The notes under the pieces were generated by a model. That model saw only the letters and a list, made by a program, of their open reading frames with translations, did not search any database and was not told where the DNA came from. From the NCBI RefSeq assembly GCF_013365495.1, contig NZ_CP046580.1:690001-722000 (forward strand): a stretch of DNA of 32,000 bases, written 5' to 3'. This stretch comes from Candidatus Saccharimonadota bacterium. Lineage in GTDB: Bacteria; Pseudomonadota; Alphaproteobacteria; Rickettsiales; Anaplasmataceae. The position numbers and the translations under genes were made by a program. Positions 20,025 to 30,774 of this stretch are shown here, piece by piece. Each line of letters begins with the position of its first letter. Position 1 is the stretch's first letter.

Positions 20025-21119
20025 CTAATCACGTTTTATCATAAACAATGCAAATGCATTCAATAACCATGTAATAATAAATAGTACTAAACTAAGTGCA
20101 TAAGCAGCGAGCGTTTGCACGCTGCTAAAATCTTGATCCCCAGTAAGTAGCGTAGCTACTTGTACAGTAATAGTAGTAACTGAATTAAGAGGATTAAAAG
20201 TTAAGTTCGAATTGACCCCTACAACCATTAGCACTATCATTGTCTCACCTATCACTCTCGAAACTGACAATAAAATTGCACTCAAAATTGTAGGCATTGC
20301 ATATGGTATTGTTATGTACCATATAGTTTCTGCTGAAGTAGCACCCAATGCCATAGAGCCATAACGTAAATTTTTTGGAACAGATCTAATTGCATCTTCC
20401 AATAAAGAAATAATAAAAGGAAGAACCATTATTCCTATAGATAAACCAGCAACCAATGCACTCTCTGATTGCATACTCAAACCAAAAAAATTTGCTATTC
20501 GTTTTGCAGAAGAAGATAAAAATACAATAGAAAAATATCCATATACAACCGTAGGAATAGCAGATAAAACTTGTAAAGCTGTATTGACAATATAACGCAC
20601 TTTTCCACTTGCATACTCACTAATATATATTGCAGAAAATAAACCAAGCGGAGCAGCAACTAACATTGCTACAATAGTGATAACTAATGTACCAACCAAA
20701 AGAGTAGCTATACCAAAACATCCTATTTTTTCACCATTAATAATCACTACATTATGACTCCATTTCAAGCAAAACAAAAATTCTGAAATCGCTATTTCCC
20801 TAAAAAAACTAACAGACTGAGTGAGAATAGATAACATTATAAATAAAGTAATAAAAAATGATACGGCAAGAGCTATAAATAACAAAAGCTTAATTGTCCT
20901 ATTACACTTTAGGACAAAAACAAAAATAAAAAAAAGTAAAGCTACAGCAATAGAAATTAAAAAATAATTGTTACAAAATATTAATGACCAAGTTAATACC
21001 CATACATAACTAAGATATAAATAAACTTTAACTTTATCTAACTGTTTAAACTTACTAAGACACAACAAAGGAAGCAGTAGTACAAGCATGAAAAAAAAAA
21101 TCGTTGTCAATAAATTCAT
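20025..21119 (-). CDS. pstC: phosphate ABC transporter permease PstC
   Basis: 364 aa with the EAA-loop region LLEDAIRSVPKNLRYGSMALGATSAETIWYITIPYAMP and YISEYASGKVR. The N-terminus appears about 40 aa longer than typical PstC. No pstS/A/B is adjacent. Confidence 0.88.
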   Translation of the reverse strand: MNLLTTIFFFMLVLLLPLLCLSKFKQLDKVKVYLYLSYVWVLTWSLIFCNNYFLISIAVALLFFIFVFVLKCNRTIKLLLFIALAVSFFITLFIMLSILTQSVSFFREIAISEFLFCLKWSHNVVIINGEKIGCFGIATLLVGTLVITIVAMLVAAPLGLFSAIYISEYASGKVRYIVNTALQVLSAIPTVVYGYFSIVFLSSSAKRIANFFGLSMQSESALVAGLSIGIMVLPFIISLLEDAIRSVPKNLRYGSMALGATSAETIWYITIPYAMPTILSAILLSVSRVIGETMIVLMVVGVNSNLTFNPLNSVTTITVQVATLLTGDQDFSSVQTLAAYALSLVLFIITWLLNAFALFMIKRD

Positions 21120-21194
21120 TTACTCATATTCAAACCTTACTTTAATGAAAATATAACCTTTAAGGATATTTAGTATATATGATGCAAACATCAT

Positions 21195-21223
21195 TTGACA
21201 ATTAAAGTAAAATTAATTAAAAT
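21195..21223 (+). promoter_or_regulatory. sigma70-type promoter candidate for rpmH-rnpA
   Basis: TTGACA (21195-21200), 17-nt spacer, TAAAAT (21218-21223), about 24 nt upstream of the rpmH ATG. The palindrome ATGATG-CAAA-CATCAT (21179-21194) abuts the -35 element. Confidence 0.5.
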
Positions 21224-21246
21224 AACTAAATATCTTAACAAAAACA

Positions 21247-21381
21247 ATGAAAAGAACTTTTCAGCCAAAAAATTTAATAAGAAAACGTAGGCATGGATTC
21301 CGCTCACGGATAACAACGAAAGCTGGAAAAAAAATACTTAATAGACGTCGTTCATTAGGATGCAAAAAACTATGTGCATAA
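21247..21381 (+). CDS. rpmH: 50S ribosomal protein L34
   Basis: Below the ORF-track cut-off. It translates to [44 protein letters not shown] (44 aa), the canonical L34 sequence. Confidence 0.95.
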   Translation: MKRTFQPKNLIRKRRHGFRSRITTKAGKKILNRRRSLGCKKLCA

Positions 21382-21781
21382 TAAAGTTATTGAGTATAAA
21401 AAAAAAGACTTTTCATTTGCTTTTAGAAACAAGCTAGCATCTAACAATTCTTTTTATCACGGGCTTTATATATCATTATATGCCGTCAAAGAAAAAGAAC
21501 CTGAAAAATATATTTATTCTATTAGAACAGGCCTGATCATCAATAAAAAAGTTGGAAAAGCAATAAAAAGAAATAAAATTAAAAGACGATTACGAATGCT
21601 TATTAGAGTTAATATCTTAACTGTCAGTAACATTGGATATTACTATATAATAGTAGCTCACAGAAATATTATACAAGCAAGCTACAAAAGCTTACAGAAA
21701 GATTTAAACATTTGCTTTAAAAAAATAAAAGAAAAAACTCAATTTAAGGTATTTACAACCACATTATTTACGATAATATAA
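21374..21781 (+). CDS. rnpA: ribonuclease P protein component
   Basis: 135 aa, GTG start overlapping the rpmH end by 8 nt (conserved rpmH-rnpA arrangement). The basic RNR-type motif is [17 protein letters not shown]. Confidence 0.85.
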   Translation: MHNKVIEYKKKDFSFAFRNKLASNNSFYHGLYISLYAVKEKEPEKYIYSIRTGLIINKKVGKAIKRNKIKRRLRMLIRVNILTVSNIGYYYIIVAHRNIIQASYKSLQKDLNICFKKIKEKTQFKVFTTTLFTII

Positions 21782-21839
21782 GTAAAGTTTTTAAAAAAAA
21801 AGTTAATGAGTATAATAATAGTAGAATATGTAAATAGAG

Positions 21840-22079
21840 ATGAGTAATACAGGTTTTGGTAAAATGTATCAATTTTTATTTCTCCCTAAAGGAACAGGAA
21901 CAGATTGGAGGTCAGCATTCCGTCAGCAAGAAGAATTATTAAAAAAGAAAATAGATAATACAACATCACTAAAAATAAATAATCCTTTTTTAAAAGGGAA
22001 CAGATTAGAAGAGGTAAGAACGATATTAGATAATATAAAAGAAAATCAAAAATACATAAAAACAAAAAAATTAAGATAA
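21840..22079 (+). CDS. hypothetical small basic protein
   Basis: 79-aa ORF with a plausible composition (..TDWRSAFRQQEELLKKKI...RLEEVRTILDNIKENQKY). No family recognised. It converges on the 5S rRNA 3' end with only about 37 nt between them. Confidence 0.4.
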   Translation: MSNTGFGKMYQFLFLPKGTGTDWRSAFRQQEELLKKKIDNTTSLKINNPFLKGNRLEEVRTILDNIKENQKYIKTKKLR

Positions 22080-22116
22080 AAGTATATTTATCATTTTTAA
22101 GCAAAGAAATTTTAAT

Positions 22117-22227
22117 AAACTTGGCAGCGACTTACTCTCCCTTTTCAAGTACCATCAGCGCTAAAAAGTTTCACTTCCGAGTTCGAAATGAGATCGGGTG
22201 TTTCATTTTTGCTATAGCCACCAAGTT
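22117..22227 (-). rRNA. rrf: 5S ribosomal RNA
   Basis: The reverse complement ...CTTGGTGGCTATAGCAAAAATGAAACACCCGATCTCATTTCGAACTCGGAAGTGAAACTTTTTAGCGCTGATGGTACTTGAAAAGGGAGAGTAAGTCGCTGCCAAG... aligns to E. coli 5S (CCGAACTCAGAAGTGAAAC, GCGCCGATGGTAGT, GAGAGTAGG). Ends were estimated by that alignment (+/- a few nt). Confidence 0.9.
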
Positions 22228-22284
22228 TATTAAAATTTCTAATTTAACCTAATACTTAACACTGCATATATACACATAGAAAAC

Positions 22285-25063
<2,779 letters not shown>

Positions 25064-25117
25064 ACTAACTACATGCAGAATATGCAGAGTTAAATACCAT
25101 TTAAATTGAACTGAGAT

Positions 25118-25202
25118 TAAATAATCTCTACCATAAAACTTGTCAAACAACTTAAAACTAAATAATTTCTTATATGTTAAAAAATGATAAATAATATGTC
25201 AA
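25118..25202 (-). promoter_or_regulatory. two candidate tandem promoters for the 23S-5S operon
   Basis: On the minus strand: TTGACA (25202-25197), 17 nt, TAACAT (25179-25174); and TTGACA (25146-25141), 17 nt, TATTTA (25123-25118). Both lie upstream of the leader arm of the 23S processing stem. The -10 elements are imperfect and the background is AT-rich, so these are tentative. Confidence 0.3.
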
Positions 25203-25363
25203 CGTCTTTTTTATATAAAATATTTACTTAATTGACAACAATACATACTTAATATTTTTAAGTAATAAAATTTAATATCTAAAAATAAACATTCAGCAAT
25301 ATTGTGCAATAAAAATCAATGAAAAAAAATATTTCATGATATAAAATACTTTCAAAGATCAAG

Positions 25364-25389
25364 GCTACTTAAGAAAGCTACTTAAGAAT
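25364..25389. repeat. 2 x 13-bp tandem repeat (GCTACTTAAGAAA / GCTACTTAAGAAT)
   Basis: Read directly. It lies 29-54 nt upstream of the ATG of the TPR-methyltransferase gene. Confidence 0.75.
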
Positions 25390-25417
25390 GATAGTAAACA
25401 TACAAGGTATTTAAAGT

Positions 25418-26491
25418 ATGAAAAATAATCTATCCTTTACAAATTTTATTTCAAATTTTATATGCAAATTAATTAGCATGCTTAACATTAAGAAAGCCAA
25501 ACAATTCGCTACAAATAAATATAATGCTTTTTACAAAGAAATAGCTGTACTTTTTGAAAAATCAAAAAATCTATTAAATACTAATATTGAAATCGGACTA
25601 CACCATTTTTATAATGGCAACATATCAGATGCAAAACTAAGATTTTGGTTAATCAGCATATTCAATGCTAACCTACCTATAGTTTGGTACAATATTGGAA
25701 GATGTCATTTTGCAATGGGAAATACTAACAAAGCCTATACTTACCTAATAAAAACATTAAAATTAGATAACAACTACGAAGAAGCATCCTACTATATAAA
25801 AAAAATAACAAATTTAACATCTATTACAAAACTACCTAAAAACCTTATCAAACAATATTTCGATTACACCGGTAAGCACTTCGTTGATCATTGGTTGATT
25901 GCTAAGCAATACAGAGGCCATGAACTTACATATACAGCAGTTATAAAAATTTTTAATAACTCAACTTCCACACTTAACATACTTGATCTTGGTTGCGGAA
26001 CCGGAATATGCGGCCATTTTTTAAAAATACATAACATTGGAAATTACATAACAGGAGTTGACATTTCAAATAGAATGCTAAATATTGCCAGAGGATGCTT
26101 TCTAAAAGGTAAACCTATTTACAACGAGTTAATACACATGGAAATGACAGATTTCCTAAAACAAAAAAGAAATCACTTATACGATATTACTATCTTTGCT
26201 GAAGTATTGCATTATTTACACGACTTTCAAATCGAACTAGAATTAGCAAAAAAATCTACTAGCAAAAAAGGAGCAATTATATGCTTAATAAGAAGAAAGG
26301 AAGGTGAAGGTATTGACTTTGTAAATAAAGGAGATTACTTTCGCCATTCAGAAAGTTACATACGAAGCGTTGCAAAAAAAATAAACATGCAAATAAGTTA
26401 TATAAGTTATTGCAAAATATATGGAAGTCAGATTGATGGCATATTATTTGCCCTTCAACATCCACAAAAAAAATTAAAAACTCTTATTTAA
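25418..26491 (+). CDS. TPR-repeat-containing class I SAM-dependent methyltransferase (COG4976-like)
   Basis: 357 aa. The N-terminal half has TPR-like repeats (WYNIGRCHFAMGNTNKAYTYLIKTLKLDNNYEEASYY). It then has YFDYTGKHFVDHWL...YRGHEL and the SAM motif I ILDLGCGTGICG, followed by GVDIS..ML and DITIFAEVLHYL. Confidence 0.75.
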   Translation: MKNNLSFTNFISNFICKLISMLNIKKAKQFATNKYNAFYKEIAVLFEKSKNLLNTNIEIGLHHFYNGNISDAKLRFWLISIFNANLPIVWYNIGRCHFAMGNTNKAYTYLIKTLKLDNNYEEASYYIKKITNLTSITKLPKNLIKQYFDYTGKHFVDHWLIAKQYRGHELTYTAVIKIFNNSTSTLNILDLGCGTGICGHFLKIHNIGNYITGVDISNRMLNIARGCFLKGKPIYNELIHMEMTDFLKQKRNHLYDITIFAEVLHYLHDFQIELELAKKSTSKKGAIICLIRRKEGEGIDFVNKGDYFRHSESYIRSVAKKINMQISYISYCKIYGSQIDGILFALQHPQKKLKTLI

Positions 26492-26516
26492 ACCACTATT
26501 ACTCAAAACAGTTTCT

Positions 26517-28328
26517 ATGTACAATAAAACAAAAGAGGAATTTATGAAAAGTATCACCATTAATCACGAAAAGAACATTAAATTAACCAGTTTTGGAAAA
26601 GCAGTTTTACTAGATAGATACTTAACAAAAAATGAAAGTTATCAAGACCTCTTTATACGTATTGCCAGCTATTACTCTGATAATAAAGAGCATGCACAAC
26701 GTCTTTATGATTATATAAGCAATTTATGGTTCATGCCTTCAACACCAATACTCAGTAATGGGGGTACTAATAGGGGATTACCTATCTCTTGTTTCCTTAA
26801 TGAAACTGAAGATAGTTTACAGGGAATAGTGGATTTATGGAATGAAAATGTCTGGCTTGCCGCACGTGGAGGAGGGATAGGTAGTTATTGGGGAAATTTA
26901 CGTTCAATTGGTGAAAGCGTAAAAGGTAGCGGTAAAACATCAGGAATTATACCATTTATTGTAGTACAAAATGCTTTGACACTCGCAATTAGTCAAGGAT
27001 CTTTAAGAAGAGGAAGCTCAGCAGTATACCTTCCTGTATCTCACCCAGAAATAGAAGAATTTCTCGATATACGTAAGCCAACAGGAGGTGACCCAAATCG
27101 CAAAGCATTAAATATACATCACGCTGTAATAATAAATGATAAATTTATGCAAGCTGTTGAAAGGGACTTAGAGTGGAATTTAATTAGCCCTCATAGCAAA
27201 AAAGTTATTCTGACTGTAAAAGCACGTGATATATGGATCAAAATATTAATAGCAAGAATTGAAACTGGAGAACCTTACATCATTTTCCTCGATACAATCA
27301 ATAACAATAAGCCAGAATCTTATAAAAAGCTCAATCTAAACATAAAAATGTCAAACCTATGCAGTGAAATCACTTTAACTACAGGCTACGACCACTTAAA
27401 TAAGCCACGTACTGCTGTATGTTGTCTATCATCAGTAAATCTTGAATACTACGAAAAATGGAAAGATAGTGAACTTTTTATAGAAGATATAATGCGTTTT
27501 CTTGATAATGTATTTGAAGATTTTATAAACAAAGCACCAGATAAAATACAGCGAGCAAAATACTCCGCAATGAGAGAGCGTAGCATTGGTCTTGGTGTAA
27601 TGGGTTTTCATTCATTTTTACAAAGCAAAATGGTTCCTTTTGAGTCAGTGATAGCACAACAATGGAATAAAAAAATATTCAAACATTTACGTGAACAAGC
27701 AGACATAGTCTCTAAAAAATTAGCAAAAGAAAAAGGAGCATGCCTTGATGCAAAAGAGATTAATTTAATGGAACGGTTTACACACAAGCTTGCCATAGCC
27801 CCAACAGCTTCAATTTCTATTATTGCAGGTAACACTTCTCCTGGAATAGAACCATACGCAGCAAATGTATTCACACAAAAAACATTAACAGGTTCATTTG
27901 TAGTGCGGAACAAATTCTTACAAGAATTATTAGTAAAAAAAAATCAAGACAACGATAAAGTATGGTCCTCAATTTCAACAAATGAAGGTTCCGTACAACA
28001 TCTAGACTTTCTTAATGAACATGAAAAATCAATATTTAAAACAGCATATGAACTCGATCAAAGATGGATTATAGAACATGCAAGTGATAGAACTCCATAT
28101 ATTTGCCAATCTCAATCAGTAAATTTATTTTTACCAGCCAACGTACACAAACGCTATTTACACAAAATACACATGCTTGCTTGGAAAAAAAATTTAAAGA
28201 GTTTATATTACTGTAGATCACAGTCAATACAAAGAGCAGACAAAATTTCACATGACATATCCAAAAAAAATAAAATAATGTATCAAAAAACAGATATTGA
28301 CTATAACGAGTGCTTATCATGTCAATAA
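26517..28328 (+). CDS. nrdA: ribonucleoside-diphosphate reductase, alpha (large) subunit
   Basis: 603 aa. Motifs: PSTPILSNGGT, SCFL, catalytic NLCSEI, AVCCLSS, IAPTASIS, C-terminal YYxR (SLYYCRS) and terminal CLSC redox pair. The true start may be the second ATG at 26544, which is preceded by AAGAGGA. Confidence 0.93.
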   Translation: MYNKTKEEFMKSITINHEKNIKLTSFGKAVLLDRYLTKNESYQDLFIRIASYYSDNKEHAQRLYDYISNLWFMPSTPILSNGGTNRGLPISCFLNETEDSLQGIVDLWNENVWLAARGGGIGSYWGNLRSIGESVKGSGKTSGIIPFIVVQNALTLAISQGSLRRGSSAVYLPVSHPEIEEFLDIRKPTGGDPNRKALNIHHAVIINDKFMQAVERDLEWNLISPHSKKVILTVKARDIWIKILIARIETGEPYIIFLDTINNNKPESYKKLNLNIKMSNLCSEITLTTGYDHLNKPRTAVCCLSSVNLEYYEKWKDSELFIEDIMRFLDNVFEDFINKAPDKIQRAKYSAMRERSIGLGVMGFHSFLQSKMVPFESVIAQQWNKKIFKHLREQADIVSKKLAKEKGACLDAKEINLMERFTHKLAIAPTASISIIAGNTSPGIEPYAANVFTQKTLTGSFVVRNKFLQELLVKKNQDNDKVWSSISTNEGSVQHLDFLNEHEKSIFKTAYELDQRWIIEHASDRTPYICQSQSVNLFLPANVHKRYLHKIHMLAWKKNLKSLYYCRSQSIQRADKISHDISKKNKIMYQKTDIDYNECLSCQ

Positions 28329-28796
28329 ATGCTACACAAAAATCACATTGAATTTTTAAAGTCTATTCCAAAAAATAAGCGCATAATGTGTCTTGACATG
28401 GGAAAAAAACAAATAGGTATAGCATTTAGTGATAAAACACAACTCATAGCCACAGCTCATAGTATATACAATAGAAAAAACATAAACAAAGACTTAGGTT
28501 ATTTAAATAGACTATTTAAAGAAAATGAAGCTGGTTCAATAGTAATAGGACTACCATTAGAAATAGATAAACAAAGAAGTGAATGGAGTAAAACCATAGT
28601 ACAATTCGCAAACAAAATGATAAAAAAATATAAAGTAAGTATATATTTGCAAGATGAAAGCTTATCAACATTTATTACAACTCATATACTCAAGACTGCT
28701 GGAGTATCAATCATAAAATCTAAAAAAATAGATGACAAAATCTCTGCATGCATAATTTTACAACGAACATTAGATAAAATAAGTGCAACTAAATAA
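28329..28796 (+). CDS. ruvX: Holliday junction resolvase-like nuclease RuvX (YqgF family)
   Basis: 155 aa. IMCLDMGKKQIGIAFSD (catalytic Asp, G.k.iGiA.sD), IVIGLPL and DESLST are YqgF hallmarks. The ATG directly follows the nrdA TAA. Confidence 0.85.
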   Translation: MLHKNHIEFLKSIPKNKRIMCLDMGKKQIGIAFSDKTQLIATAHSIYNRKNINKDLGYLNRLFKENEAGSIVIGLPLEIDKQRSEWSKTIVQFANKMIKKYKVSIYLQDESLSTFITTHILKTAGVSIIKSKKIDDKISACIILQRTLDKISATK

Positions 28797-29025
28797 TTCT
28801 TACATCTAAAAAACTACTATTTTAAATTGAGTGATATCTTAACTATTATATTTTTCTCATTGTTTGAACATAGCTATTAGACACTCAAAGCTTATATTTC
28901 AAGAAAGAAGTAGCGTCAATATATTATATTATATACATAAATTTACTCCACTAAATATGACTTAAGCGTTTGAAATAATTTTCTTCTACCTATTCTTTTA
29001 TTTACTCAATTATCTTCTCATTTTA

Positions 29026-29115
29026 TTAAAAAAACCTACTTAATTCTTCCATCAAACCGAAACAAAAAAATACAACACCTCTTTCCATTTATTATCAATG
29101 GAATATTTTTCTTAA
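29026..29115 (-). pseudogene. probable decayed relic of the UvrC C-terminal helix-hairpin-helix region (in frame with uvrC, interrupted by stops)
   Basis: Continuing the uvrC frame past its TAG gives LRKIFH***MERGVVFFCFGLMEELSRFF*. This is collinear without gaps with E. coli UvrC ...[22 protein letters not shown]... and then ..SVEEIAKV (see finding). Similarity was judged by eye only. Confidence 0.4.
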
Positions 29116-30774
29116 CTATGAAACTATAAACTGTTTATCGCGTTTTTTTCTATGTAAAGATATTGCAAAACGATGAGTTTCATCACGAAGCAATTGCAAG
29201 TAAAGCATAATTTTGCTGTCATTTGCCAAAGTAAATCCCTCTCTACCAGGCATATAAAATCTCTCCTTCCCTGTATTACGATAAAAACCCTTTGCCATAC
29301 AAGCAAAAGGGACGTCCACTTTTAATACTTGCAATACACTCTGCACCGTAGAAACATGCCCAAGTCCACCATCAATCAATAAAAAATCAGGAATAATATC
29401 CCTTATCTTGCCAGAGAAACGCCTAGTTAATACTTCTTTCATCATTTTATAATCATCACCTAAAAATTTCCCTTTGATAGTAAATTTTCTATATTCATTT
29501 CTTAAAAAACCTTCCTGCCCCGCAACAACCATTACACCAACTTGATAACTTCCAGACATATAGCTATTATCATAAACTTCAATACGTTTTGGAATATTTG
29601 GCAACAAAAAAATCTTACTCAGCTCTTTAAATTTTTCTAAACTGTCTTTATAATCATTAAGCTTTTGCTCTAAACTATGTCGAGAATTATTATAAACAAA
29701 CTCTAATAAATCATGTTCCCTGTTATTCTTTGCATAAAAAACCTTTATTGGTTTATGAGTAATTTTATGTAGTGCTTGCTCTATCATTTTTCTCTCTGCA
29801 ATACAATCTGAAATATAAATTTGTATTGGAAGTAAGTTAGTTGAACTATACAAATTAATCAAAAATGTAGATAAAATTTCACTATCTGACTTATCACTAC
29901 AATTTTCAATAAAGTAAGAAGTACTTCCAGAGCTTTTCTTGTTTTTAAACGATAACATATTCACACATGCCAAATCTTCTTTACATATAAAACCAAAAAA
30001 GGCGGCATCTTTTTCAAAAGAAAAATCCATAGGCTGCATTTGAATCTGTTTAAGAAGCCTTATCCGATCTCTATGCACAGCAGCAAGCTCATAATTTTGC
30101 TCATCACTATATTTTTTCATTGCAGAAAGTAACTGTTCTTCCACTTTATTGTTTCTTCCAAGTAATGTATCTTGTGCTTGTTTTACTAATTGATAATAAT
30201 CATCTTTCGTAATTTTACCTATACATGGAGCTGAGCAACGTTTAACATGATACTCAAAACACGGCCTTTTGGTTGAGGAAAATTTTTTATCTGAACATCC
30301 TCTTAAAAGAAAAGCCTTTTGTAATAACAATATAGTCTGCTTAACAGCAGTAGCAGATGTAAAGGGACCATAATAGTGAGACTCGCTTTTTTCTCCAAAT
30401 CTATCTCTATGTTGTGCTATACTTGGATAAGTGTGTTTAGAAATTGTTATATAAGGATAAGATTTTCCATCTTTAAGCACAATATTATAAGTAGGCTGAA
30501 GTGATTTTATTAATCTTGCTTCAAGAAGCAAAGCTTCAATTTCATTTTTAGTTATAAAAGTCTCAATCTTAACAACCTGTGAAAGCATAACTTTAACTCG
30601 TTTAGAAAGGGCTCCTAATCGAAGATAACTAGATAACCTTGCTTTTAAATTTTTTGCCTTCCCAACATACAAAACCTTATCCTTTTCTCCAGTCATCTTA
30701 TACACCCCACAAGTCTGTGTAGAAAACCTAACTTGCCTTTTTATTGCCTGAATATTATTTATAATGTCATTCAT
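29116..30774 (-). CDS. uvrC: excinuclease ABC subunit C, apparently lacking the C-terminal (HhH)2 domain
   Basis: 552 aa. It has the GIY-YIG N-terminus (GVYKMTGEKDKVLYVGKAKNLKARLSSY), the Cys-rich region (RPCFEYHVKRCSAPC), the UVR-like region and the RNase H-like endonuclease region (LLIDGGLGH...RDETHRFAISLHRKKR). It ends 7 codons after HRKKR. Confidence 0.9.
   Translation of the reverse strand: MNDIINNIQAIKRQVRFSTQTCGVYKMTGEKDKVLYVGKAKNLKARLSSYLRLGALSKRVKVMLSQVVKIETFITKNEIEALLLEARLIKSLQPTYNIVLKDGKSYPYITISKHTYPSIAQHRDRFGEKSESHYYGPFTSATAVKQTILLLQKAFLLRGCSDKKFSSTKRPCFEYHVKRCSAPCIGKITKDDYYQLVKQAQDTLLGRNNKVEEQLLSAMKKYSDEQNYELAAVHRDRIRLLKQIQMQPMDFSFEKDAAFFGFICKEDLACVNMLSFKNKKSSGSTSYFIENCSDKSDSEILSTFLINLYSSTNLLPIQIYISDCIAERKMIEQALHKITHKPIKVFYAKNNREHDLLEFVYNNSRHSLEQKLNDYKDSLEKFKELSKIFLLPNIPKRIEVYDNSYMSGSYQVGVMVVAGQEGFLRNEYRKFTIKGKFLGDDYKMMKEVLTRRFSGKIRDIIPDFLLIDGGLGHVSTVQSVLQVLKVDVPFACMAKGFYRNTGKERFYMPGREGFTLANDSKIMLYLQLLRDETHRFAISLHRKKRDKQFIVS

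Noticed and set aside
28891-28919. Good-looking minus-strand promoter (TTGACG, 17 nt, TATAAG) pointing antisense toward the ruvX 3' end, followed about 70 nt later by a T6 run. It could be a small antisense RNA.
   Set aside because: There is no convincing terminator stem. -10-like hexamers are abundant in DNA this AT-rich. It sits in what I interpret as decaying uvrC-downstream sequence. It is worth a glance in RNA-seq but is not supportable from sequence alone.
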